Positions 28,857 to 36,429 of a stretch of DNA of 64,000 bases are shown piece by piece (within the stretch, counting starts at the first letter, position 1; each line of letters begins with the position of its first letter). Both the position numbers and the translations under genes were made by a program. Source of the DNA: Staphylococcus sp. CAG:324 (GTDB lineage: Bacteria; Bacillota_I; Bacilli_A; ML615J-28; CAG-313); the NCBI GenBank assembly GCA_000433035.1, contig FR890808.1:525-64524 (forward strand), given 5' to 3'. Under the pieces are notes generated by a model. That model saw only the letters and a list, made by a program, of their open reading frames with translations, was not told the DNA's origin and ran no database searches.

Positions 28857-28890
28857 AATGAATATATATGATATATTCATTTTTTATTTT
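28857..28890 (+). terminator. Intrinsic terminator after the 44-aa ORF
   Basis: AATGAATATAT-atg-ATATATTCATT followed by TTTTTATTTT. Confidence 0.55.
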
Positions 28891-28929
28891 CTTTACAATT
28901 TCTCATAAAGAATGTAGGCTCATTTTTTT

Positions 28930-28970
28930 TCAAAAAAAGAACTAAGTTTTGAAACTTAGTTCTTCATTTT
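28930..28970 (-). terminator. Terminator of the tRNA operon (bidirectional shape)
   Basis: 12-bp stem AGAACTAAGTTT/AAACTTAGTTCT flanked by an A-run and a T-run, directly after the tRNA-Phe 3' end. Confidence 0.7.
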
Positions 28971-28976
28971 TCATTA

Positions 28977-29052
28977 TGGTGGCTTGGGCCGGGATCGAAC
29001 CGGCGACACATGGATTTTCAGTCCATTGCTCTACCGACTGAGCTACCTAGCC
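28977..29052 (-). tRNA. tRNA-Phe (GAA), CCA encoded
   Basis: Reverse complement GGCTAGGTAGCTCAGTCGGTAGAGCAATGGACTGAAAATCCATGTGTCGCCGGTTCGATCCCGGCCCAAGCCACCA. Cloverleaf folded by hand. One A:A mismatch at acceptor pair 5:68. Confidence 0.92.
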
Positions 29053-29059
29053 AAAATAA

Positions 29060-29135
29060 TGGCGGTTCCAACGGGACTTGAACCCGCGATCTCCAGTGTG
29101 ACAGACTGGCATGTTAACCACTACACCATGGAACC
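29060..29135 (-). tRNA. tRNA-Asp (GTC), CCA encoded
   Basis: Reverse complement GGTTCCATGGTGTAGTGGTTAACATGCCAGTCTGTCACACTGGAGATCGCGGGTTCAAGTCCCGTTGGAACCGCCA. Anticodon loop CUGUCAC. Confidence 0.93.
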
Positions 29136-29137
29136 AT

Positions 29138-29220
29138 TGGTGCGGGCGACAGGAATCGAACCTGCACTCGTGAGAACTAGAGCCTAAATCTAGCGCGTCT
29201 GCCAGTTCCGCCACGCCCGC
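29138..29220 (-). tRNA. tRNA-Leu (TAG), long variable arm, CCA encoded
   Basis: Reverse complement GCGGGCGTGGCGGAACTGGCAGACGCGCTAGATTTAGGCTCTAGTTCTCACGAGTGCAGGTTCGATTCCTGTCGCCCGCACCA. Perfect acceptor stem. Confidence 0.93.
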
Positions 29221-29242
29221 ATATCAATAACAATGCTTTAAT

Positions 29243-29271
29243 ATTATAGCATAATTTAAACTTTGTTGCAA
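29243..29271 (-). promoter_or_regulatory. Sigma-A type promoter of the tRNA operon
   Basis: Minus strand TTGCAA (29266-29271), 17 nt spacer, TATAAT (29243-29248), about 20 nt upstream of tRNA-Leu. Confidence 0.6.
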
Positions 29272-29284
29272 GTAATTTGAAATA

Positions 29285-29319
29285 TAAAAATGAATAAGGG
29301 AATTTCCCCCTTATTCATT
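29285..29319 (-). terminator. Intrinsic terminator overlapping the stop of the 62-aa ORF
   Basis: AATGAATAAGGG / CCCTTATTCATT stem followed by TTTTTAT on the minus strand. Confidence 0.65.
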
Positions 29320-29499
29320 ACTACAACTTGTTGTGTCACATACACATAATTCACAATGACACTCATCTGCCAATTTTTGGCCTGCTTTAACACAAGCATC
29401 TTTTGTTTTATAATGCTTTTCTAAAACAACACCAAATTCATTTTCAATTTCCCAATTGTTTTTTTCTTTACATGGTCTACAAGTTATTTTTTTGTCCAT
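29311..29499 (-). CDS. Small Cys-rich protein (62 aa), DUF2188-like core
   Basis: ORF trimmed to MDKKITCRPC (ATG at 29499, RBS GAGGTGA). NNWEIENEFGVVLEKHYKTKDACVKAGQKLADE resembles DUF2188. C-terminal CHCELCVCDTTSC. Confidence 0.5.
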   Translation of the reverse strand: MDKKITCRPCKEKNNWEIENEFGVVLEKHYKTKDACVKAGQKLADECHCELCVCDTTSCSNE

Positions 29500-29658
29500 T
29501 ACTATCACCTCATCTTTCACAATCTTATTATGTGTTAATGTTGTTATTTTAATAGTGGTATTTTTCACTAATTTTTTTAATGATTTATAACATATTAATA
29601 TTATTATAAACTTATTTTGAATAATTATACAATTTCCATTTTTTATCTTAAAAATTAT

Positions 29659-29688
29659 AAAAAGTGAATTACTGATAATTCACTTTTT
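29659..29688 (-). terminator. Intrinsic terminator of the phosphodiester glycosidase gene
   Basis: AAAAGTGAATTA-ctga-TAATTCACTTTT hairpin directly after the stop at 29694. Confidence 0.65.
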
Positions 29689-29693
29689 TATTA

Positions 29694-31991
29694 TTAATAT
29701 TTTTTTAATAAAATTTTAATTGCTATCAATGATGAACATAAAGCAAATAATAATGCTGAGGTATTTGAATTGCAACCTTTTGTTTTTATTTCATTTATTT
29801 CATCAATTGCGTTTTGAAAAATTTCATCTATTTCCTCTAAACTATCGCTATTATCTATATTATTATTTGTTTTCTCTATTATTTCATCTATTAATTTTTG
29901 ATTTTTTTTGTTATATTTTTTATTTACTAAACTAGCTAATAACTGATTTTTCTTTGTTTCTTTATATTCATTAAGAATAACAGTTTTAGTTTTAATTTTT
30001 GCCATTTCTTCTTTGGCATTTGATATCAATCCTACTTGTTCTTCTAAAGAAACAGTTTTCAATTTATGATTTACTTCATCAATAATTACGTCCAAACTAT
30101 TTTTTTCTGCTTCATAATAGTTAGATAAATCTAATTGACTTGGAAACCACAAAACATCAACAATTAATCTGTTATTTCGATTAGGATTTGATCCTACTGT
30201 ATAATCAATAGAAATATTTATATTCAAATTCTTAAACTTAGAAAGGGTGATGCTTGTTTGCTCCAATGAAAAATCATCGATAAAATCAATTCCTCCATTA
30301 TAATTTATAGTTCCAAAACTAGCCAAAGAATTAACATCTGTTATTTTATGTTGTATTATTACATTATCATCTACTATATCAAAAATAGCATTTTCAACTT
30401 TAGGTGGAATTTTACCAGTTGTGAACACCTGTTTTTTTCCAACATTACTTGCCTTAACACCATTATATATGATATCATATGAATAATTTAATTCACAAAT
30501 TGTATTAGGAGTAAGACCATCAAAAATAAATTCATTCGTTTTCATTTCTTTTGTTACTCCATTGATTGTTACCATTACATTTTCAATTTCAATTCCTTTA
30601 GATAGATTACCATAGGAAAGTTTTACACTATCATCTTCTAATTCTGAAAAATTAAGTTTTAATTCTGGAACTACAATTAATAAAGCATTGCTATTTGTTC
30701 TTTCTTCACCATCAGATGGAGAATTCATAATTACAAATTCTCCATTTTCATTTCGAACACCAAATGTTGAAGATCCACCACCATCATTATTAAATCCTTG
30801 ATAACAATCATAATACTTCATCATTGCACCTTGTTCATCTTGAGTCATTCCATACATATTATTATCTTGTTGACGACCATCAACAACAAAAAACATTAAA
30901 GTGCCATCTTCTTTTACACCAATGCAAGTCCTAGGATGACGATCCTGACGCATACCATCGGAATTATCTGTAGATACCTCTCCGTTTTGAACCAAGGTTG
31001 AACCAACAGCCATTATTTGATCACAAGCAGCCATATCACCTATGACTTCTTTTTGAACACGAATTGTCCTACCAATTTCTAGATAATTTTTTATTTCTTG
31101 ATTATCTGTTACTATTGCAAATTGTCCAAAAACTAATGTTGTGGCTTCATTTATTTTACTGATTTCCCCTTTTGCATATATTTGTGGCATATCTGTTGGT
31201 AAACATCTTTGCGGTCTTTCTATAATATAACTATTTGTATTTGGAACATCAATATTTGTTTGAACATAATCATCAGGAATTCCATCATCATCTTTATGTA
31301 TATTCGTACGATAGGTATATAGGACTGCAAGTTCATCCGCCTTTGGAGTTTCATTTATTTTATCTATATTAAACGTTTTAATAACTTCACCATTTTCATC
31401 ATAAATTGTAAGTACATGATAATCAGTAAATGTCATTGCATCCGTAGTCATAAACGAATTAGTAGTACCATTATTTGTATATCCTATACTTTTTGATTCA
31501 ATTGCTCTTAGGACTTCACCATCTGAAACTGTTGTTCCAGTTGTATGGTAAGGCAATGCTTTATCATGAGCCTTCCAATCATAAAAATCACCATTTACAC
31601 CTGCAATTACAACCCATCCTGGGTTGGTAGCTTCAAAATATTGTACAAATTTAGTAAGTGTTTGTTTAGACCAGCCGTTAGAAGTAGGATAAGTATAATT
31701 CACAACTCTTACATTTTTTGTGCTAGGTACACTTAAAACATTAACAACTTGAGGACTATTGATAGAATTAGAATCATTATTACAACGCTTCGCAGTGGAA
31801 ATTGCGGTTGTTTTGATATGTTCAATACCATAACCCAAGTCTTGATTAATTAACCTTTCGTTTTCTTGATAAGTGGCATATTCAGTATCAATGATTTTAA
31901 TTTCATCAGCATTACTATTTATACCAAATAAACCAATTGAACATATTAAAAAAACAAAAATAAAATGTAATCTAATTAATCCTTTTCTCAT
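29694..31991 (-). CDS. Secreted phosphodiester glycosidase (NAGPA/DUF2233) family protein with C-terminal coiled coil and TM anchor
   Basis: Signal peptide. VIAGVNGDFYD, RTCIGVKEDGTLMFFVVDGRQ and GFNNDGGGSST motifs. C-terminal hydrophobic tail ALLFALCSSLIAIKILL. Confidence 0.8.
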   Translation of the reverse strand: MRKGLIRLHFIFVFLICSIGLFGINSNADEIKIIDTEYATYQENERLINQDLGYGIEHIKTTAISTAKRCNNDSNSINSPQVVNVLSVPSTKNVRVVNYTYPTSNGWSKQTLTKFVQYFEATNPGWVVIAGVNGDFYDWKAHDKALPYHTTGTTVSDGEVLRAIESKSIGYTNNGTTNSFMTTDAMTFTDYHVLTIYDENGEVIKTFNIDKINETPKADELAVLYTYRTNIHKDDDGIPDDYVQTNIDVPNTNSYIIERPQRCLPTDMPQIYAKGEISKINEATTLVFGQFAIVTDNQEIKNYLEIGRTIRVQKEVIGDMAACDQIMAVGSTLVQNGEVSTDNSDGMRQDRHPRTCIGVKEDGTLMFFVVDGRQQDNNMYGMTQDEQGAMMKYYDCYQGFNNDGGGSSTFGVRNENGEFVIMNSPSDGEERTNSNALLIVVPELKLNFSELEDDSVKLSYGNLSKGIEIENVMVTINGVTKEMKTNEFIFDGLTPNTICELNYSYDIIYNGVKASNVGKKQVFTTGKIPPKVENAIFDIVDDNVIIQHKITDVNSLASFGTINYNGGIDFIDDFSLEQTSITLSKFKNLNINISIDYTVGSNPNRNNRLIVDVLWFPSQLDLSNYYEAEKNSLDVIIDEVNHKLKTVSLEEQVGLISNAKEEMAKIKTKTVILNEYKETKKNQLLASLVNKKYNKKNQKLIDEIIEKTNNNIDNSDSLEEIDEIFQNAIDEINEIKTKGCNSNTSALLFALCSSLIAIKILLKKY

Positions 31992-32030
31992 TAATCATCT
32001 CTCCTTTTGATATATTATATCACAATAAAA

Positions 32031-32065
32031 TTAAAAAAGTGTGAAAAAGCAAATTATTCACACTT
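32031..32065 (-). terminator. Intrinsic terminator of efp
   Basis: AAGTGTGAA / TTCACACTT stem followed by TTTTAATTTT on the minus strand. Confidence 0.7.
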
Positions 32066-32073
32066 AAATTTTT

Positions 32074-32631
32074 CTATCCTCTTGAATTATATTTTCCATC
32101 CCATGTAGAAACAACGACTCTATCACCTTGTTCTATAAACATTGGAACTTTTACAACAAGACCAGTTTCTAATTTTACTTCTTTTAAAGCATTAGTTGCT
32201 GTATTCCCCGCAACAGCTGGTGATGCTTCAGTTACCTCTAAAGAAACTTTTTCTGGCAAATTTACCCCTAAAATTTCATCACCATAAAAAACAATTTCAA
32301 TATTCATTCCCTCAAGTAAAAACTTAGATTCCCATTCCAATCTTTCTGCTGGAATTTCTACTTGTTCATATGTTTCCATATCCATAAAACAATATTCAGA
32401 ACCACCATATAAATATTGCATTTTTCTTTTTTCAATCATTGCTTGCTCTAACTTTTCACCAGCATTGAATGAATATTCTGTAGTTGTACCTGTTCTTAAA
32501 TTACGTAATTTAGTACGTACAAAAGCTTGACCTTTACCTGGTTTTACATGCTGAAAATCCACAATTGTAAAAATTTGATTATTATAAAGTATTGTCATAC
32601 CAGTTTTAAAATCAGCAGTAGTTATAGACAT
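32074..32631 (-). CDS. efp: Elongation factor P
   Basis: Full-length EF-P pattern (FQHVKPGKGQAFVRTKLRNL). RBS AGGAGGAA. Confidence 0.97.
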   Translation of the reverse strand: MSITTADFKTGMTILYNNQIFTIVDFQHVKPGKGQAFVRTKLRNLRTGTTTEYSFNAGEKLEQAMIEKRKMQYLYGGSEYCFMDMETYEQVEIPAERLEWESKFLLEGMNIEIVFYGDEILGVNLPEKVSLEVTEASPAVAGNTATNALKEVKLETGLVVKVPMFIEQGDRVVVSTWDGKYNSRG

Positions 32632-32717
32632 AATTTCCTCCTAATATTTTATTATTCATTTTTTACTTGTTTATTATACCAAAATATAATTTCTTTTTCA
32701 ACTTATTAACTAATGAT

Positions 32718-32746
32718 TTGCAAAAAGAATGTTTTTTATTTATAAT
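32718..32746 (+). promoter_or_regulatory. Sigma-A type promoter of ispH
   Basis: TTGCAA (32718-32723), 17 nt spacer, TATAAT (32741-32746). Confidence 0.55.
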
Positions 32747-32771
32747 GGTATTATATATGGGAGTGAATTTT

Positions 32772-33692
32772 ATGCGAATTATTACAAAAGCAAAAGAAAT
32801 CGGTTTTTGTTATGGTGTAAAAAATGCTATTTATATTGTACAAGATCTTGTTAAAAATAAAAATGTCCCTAGACCAATTTATTTACTAGGTGATTTAGTA
32901 CATAATCATCATATTAATGAATATTTGACATCTTTAGGTATTATCATTCTAAGGGGAGAGAAAAGAATTGATATGCTAGATAGAATTGAAAGTGGTACCG
33001 TTATTTTTACTGCTCATGGTGTTAGTCAGGAAGTAAGACATAAAGCCCAAAAGATGGGACTTACTATTATTGATGCTACTTGTCCTTACGTTAAACTAAC
33101 TTTCAACAAAATGCAAAAAGCAATTGATAACGGCTATGAAATTCTATTTGTTGGTAAACCTAACCACCCTGAAACCGAAACGGCTCTCTCATTATCTGAA
33201 AATGTTTATCTCGTTAACCATGATATAACTCAATTGACATTTAAGAAACCTCTTTTATGTCACCAAACTACTATGTCATCCTATGATATTGAAAATATAT
33301 TTCATAATTTAAAATCAAACTTTTCAAATCTAGAAAAAATGGATATGATTTGTAAAGTTAGTGAAAAAAGACAAAAATCACTTTTAGAACTGAAACATCA
33401 TTGTTTTTTATCGCCTGCACTTATTATTGTAATTGGTGATAAATCTAGCAATAATTCAAATAAACTATATGAAATGGCAAAAAGAATAAACAAAAGCGAT
33501 GTCTTATTTATTGATAGCATTTCTGAACTTGATTTTCAAAATATAAAAAAGTATAAAGAAATCATATTATATAGTGGAACGTCAACTCCTGAGGCTATAA
33601 CTAACGAATTATATCATTTATTACTAAATTTAGATAATATAAAAGAAAAAAGAATATCATCAAAACTTATTCTAAAAGACTATCCCAAATAA
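32772..33692 (+). CDS. ispH: 4-hydroxy-3-methylbut-2-enyl diphosphate reductase
   Basis: GFCYGVKNAI, TAHGVS and DATCPYV motifs. Start trimmed to the ATG at 32772 with RBS GGGAGTGA. Confidence 0.92.
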   Translation: MRIITKAKEIGFCYGVKNAIYIVQDLVKNKNVPRPIYLLGDLVHNHHINEYLTSLGIIILRGEKRIDMLDRIESGTVIFTAHGVSQEVRHKAQKMGLTIIDATCPYVKLTFNKMQKAIDNGYEILFVGKPNHPETETALSLSENVYLVNHDITQLTFKKPLLCHQTTMSSYDIENIFHNLKSNFSNLEKMDMICKVSEKRQKSLLELKHHCFLSPALIIVIGDKSSNNSNKLYEMAKRINKSDVLFIDSISELDFQNIKKYKEIILYSGTSTPEAITNELYHLLLNLDNIKEKRISSKLILKDYPK

Positions 33693-33741
33693 AAAAGGTA
33701 TCATAAAATGAAATTTTATTTTCAAATTATGATACCTTTTT
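33693..33741. terminator. Bidirectional terminator between the convergent ispH and small membrane protein genes
   Basis: 13-bp stem AAAGGTATCATAA / TTATGATACCTTT flanked by an A-run and a T-run. Confidence 0.7.
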
Positions 33742-33742
33742 A

Positions 33743-33976
33743 TTAATCAATCCACCAAACTGTACCTTTTACAACAATCATTACAAGATCAATAATCCAA
33801 AGAATTAAAAATCCACCTGTTAAAAGTAATAATACCGCAAGTATAATGCCAAGTACATTGTTTTTAGCAATTGATCGGCATAGACGATAAACATTAGCAA
33901 ATAAATCTCCAATTAAAACTAAAATAAATTTTACTATTCTTGGAAGATCATCTAAAGTTTTTACAAAATCTTTCAT
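33743..33976 (-). CDS. Small membrane protein (2 TM), unknown function
   Basis: RBS AGGAGTG 6 nt upstream of the ATG at 33976. Two hydrophobic segments. Confidence 0.55.
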   Translation of the reverse strand: MKDFVKTLDDLPRIVKFILVLIGDLFANVYRLCRSIAKNNVLGIILAVLLLLTGGFLILWIIDLVMIVVKGTVWWID

Positions 33977-34062
33977 ATATGACACTCCTTTTTGATGTTA
34001 ATGTTTTCCATTAACTACATCTATATTATAATCCTTTTTATTTTTTTGTCAATAAAAATTTA

Positions 34063-34368
34063 TTATTTTAAATCTAAACCTACAATATCATCAACTGGTA
34101 AAGATATTGTTACAGTATGTGATTTCGTACCAATCCCATGATTCTTGGAAATGGCTTGCATTATAGGAGCTTTAGAATTATCATCTACAATAATCATTAT
34201 TACATCTTTTTCAGGTTGAATAGTAATTCCTAAAAAATGTTCTGCATCTTTTTGGGCAGATCCTCTCGCATGAATTATCGTACCCCCACGAGCACCAGCT
34301 TCTTTTGCGGTACTCATTACATCATCAGCATTTCCACTATTGCAAATTGCAAGTATTAAATGACGCAT
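34063..34368 (-). CDS. P-II-like signal-transduction protein
   Basis: About 100 aa with a ferredoxin-like beta-alpha-beta pattern (ILAICNSGNADDVMSTAKEAGARGGTIIHARG). The RBS GGAGGAG lies in the end of the upstream gene. Confidence 0.75.
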   Translation of the reverse strand: MRHLILAICNSGNADDVMSTAKEAGARGGTIIHARGSAQKDAEHFLGITIQPEKDVIMIIVDDNSKAPIMQAISKNHGIGTKSHTVTISLPVDDIVGLDLK

Positions 34369-34369
34369 T

Positions 34370-34756
34370 CTATTTCTCCTCCTTAATATTATTCATTATA
34401 CTATCTTCTGTTAATTTATTTTCCCTAAGTATTTCATCTAAAACACTTTTCCCCGCAACGCTATCAAGCGGAATTGTACAAGCAACACCATGACCAGGCT
34501 GATCAAAATGCAACTCTGTTCTTAAAACATCGATCATAAAAGGAACTAAATCGGTTGGAGCAAGTGATAAAACTACTTCTTTTTCAATAACACCAAAACC
34601 TAAATAATCATATATTTCTTTTGGTGCTGTTCCTTTACCATATATAATCTGATGATAATGCGAGCCCACTTCTTCAAATAATTTGACAACTCGATTTCCC
34701 ATATTACGATCTACAATAGTTACAAAAAGTCGCATCCCTGTAATTTTTCTATTCAT
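34370..34756 (-). CDS. P-II-like signal-transduction protein
   Basis: Trimmed to MNRKITGMRLFVTIVDRNMGNRVVKLFEE. The start overlaps the stop of the DUF1538 gene. Confidence 0.7.
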   Translation of the reverse strand: MNRKITGMRLFVTIVDRNMGNRVVKLFEEVGSHYHQIIYGKGTAPKEIYDYLGFGVIEKEVVLSLAPTDLVPFMIDVLRTELHFDQPGHGVACTIPLDSVAGKSVLDEILRENKLTEDSIMNNIKEEK

Positions 34757-36302
34757 TGGCTTTTTCCTCCATTTCTTGATAATCAATATCAAATTCAATG
34801 ATTGGTTCAAGTTCTAATACGATACTTCTTGCCATAATCTTTGTCTTAATCTTATAAACAAGACCAACAATTTGAATAACAATAAGAGGAGTCATTGCTA
34901 CTAATGCTACTACACCAAAACCATTTTGTAACATTTTAGTAGCATAATTGGGAGAAGACTCATAAATAGCCATACAAGCACCACTAGCAAGTGGTAATAA
35001 AAAGGTTGCGGTCATTGGTCCACTAGCCACTCCACCCGAATCAAAAGCAATGGCTGTAAAAATTTTCGGCACAAAAAACATCAATCCAATTGCAATTGCA
35101 TATCCTGGCACTAAGATATACCAAATACTATAATCAAAAATAACTCTTGACATCGATAATCCTACTGAAATTGCTACTCCAATTGCTAAACTAAAAAGCA
35201 TTGTCTTTCTTGAAATTGCTCCACTTGTTAATTCCTCTACTTGTTTGTTCAAGACACTCACTGCTGGTTCTGCCATAACAACAAAGAAACCCATAAGCAT
35301 TCCTAATGGTATCAAAATCCATCTAATATTTCTAGACCCAATAATTTCACCTAACATATTTGCCACAGGCATAAAACCTATATGAGCCCCTGTTAGAAAA
35401 ACAACTAATCCAACATATGTATATGCTAACCCTATTAACATCTTTAAAATATTTTTCTTATTATCTTTCATTAAAATACATTTGAATAAAATAACACATG
35501 CTAATATCGGTAAAATTGCTAGTCCTATTTCTCCCATCATCTTTAATAATTGTTTACCAAAATAACTTGAAAATTCAGAAAAAGTATGAAATGAAATTAC
35601 ATCACTACTATCAACATTCGGATTTTTAAAAAATAATCCTAAAATTAAAACCATTAAAACAGGACCAATTGAACAAAAGGAAACTAAGCCAAAAGAATCA
35701 TCTTTAGAAGCATTAGAACCTCGAGCACCAGCTACCCCAAGACCTAAAGCAAGTATAAATGGTACCGTCATTGGCCCTGTAGTAACACCACCTGAATCAA
35801 AGGCTACCGCAATAAACTCATTAGGAACAAAAATAGCAATAATAAATACTATGGCATATAGAATAATTAACATTACATTTAATTTAATTTGCAATACAAT
35901 TCGAACTAAAGCAAGTGCTAAAAAAACTCCAACGCCAAGAGCAACCATAATAATCAATAATCCTTTTGGTATTGTATGTTGCATTTGTTCGGCAAGAACC
36001 ATCAAATCAGGTTCAGCAATCGTAATTATTAGCCCAATTGCAGCAGTAACACCGATGAGAATCCAAATATTTTTCTTTTTGGTGACAAATTGTCCTATTT
36101 GTTCACCCAATTTCATCATAGAAGAATCTGCACCAAGATTAAAAAAACTTAACCCAAAGATAAGCATAATAGCACCAATCAAAAAAGCAAATATCGTCCA
36201 GCCAGAAACGGGAAAAATGCAACATAATATTAAAACAACTACTGTTATTGGAACAACTGCCAGTAAAGACTCTTTTATTTTTTCGAGTAATGCTTTTATC
36301 AC
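34749..36302 (-). CDS. DUF1538 family polytopic membrane protein (internally duplicated)
   Basis: Two homologous halves, each with AFDSGGV(T/A)(T/S)GPMT. GTG start with RBS AAGGAGGAA. Confidence 0.85.
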   Translation of the reverse strand: MIKALLEKIKESLLAVVPITVVVLILCCIFPVSGWTIFAFLIGAIMLIFGLSFFNLGADSSMMKLGEQIGQFVTKKKNIWILIGVTAAIGLIITIAEPDLMVLAEQMQHTIPKGLLIIMVALGVGVFLALALVRIVLQIKLNVMLIILYAIVFIIAIFVPNEFIAVAFDSGGVTTGPMTVPFILALGLGVAGARGSNASKDDSFGLVSFCSIGPVLMVLILGLFFKNPNVDSSDVISFHTFSEFSSYFGKQLLKMMGEIGLAILPILACVILFKCILMKDNKKNILKMLIGLAYTYVGLVVFLTGAHIGFMPVANMLGEIIGSRNIRWILIPLGMLMGFFVVMAEPAVSVLNKQVEELTSGAISRKTMLFSLAIGVAISVGLSMSRVIFDYSIWYILVPGYAIAIGLMFFVPKIFTAIAFDSGGVASGPMTATFLLPLASGACMAIYESSPNYATKMLQNGFGVVALVAMTPLIVIQIVGLVYKIKTKIMARSIVLELEPIIEFDIDYQEMEEKANE

Positions 36303-36330
36303 TATTTCTTTCCTCCTTGATTTTCAATTC

Positions 36331-36360
36331 AAATAAAAGGGGCTCTTGGCCCCTCCTTTG
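36331..36360 (-). terminator. Intrinsic terminator, 29 nt upstream of the DUF1538 start and 70 nt after the XRE-family gene stop
   Basis: Minus strand AGGGGC-caaga-GCCCCT followed by TTTATTT. Confidence 0.65.
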
Positions 36361-36381
36361 TGACAGACCACTTATTTATTA

Positions 36382-36410
36382 ATTTTAACATTTTTTTTCA
36401 AATCTGTCTA
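36382..36410 (-). promoter_or_regulatory. Candidate extended -10 promoter upstream of the leader terminator
   Basis: Minus strand TAGACA (36405-36410), 17 nt spacer, TGtTAAAAT (-10 at 36382-36387). Confidence 0.4.
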
Positions 36411-36429
36411 TAAATATATTTTTCATATT

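Noticed and set aside
28984-29187. 67-aa + strand ORF.
   Set aside because: It is antisense to the three tRNA genes. Its relatively GC-rich sequence is explained by the tRNAs.
35851-36336. 161-aa + strand ORF. This also stands for similar antisense ORFs at 7094-7279, 7596-7805, 8939-9202, 12763-12966, 14129-14514, 22745-23131, 26409-27070, 29720-29935, 40002-40304, 41538-41777, 42366-42579, 50826-51361, 52343-52648, 54441-54623, 60457-60801, 61449-61673, 62184-62384 and 63598-63810.
   Set aside because: All are embedded in, or antisense to, genes with clear family motifs. They are shadow ORFs typical of biased-composition DNA.
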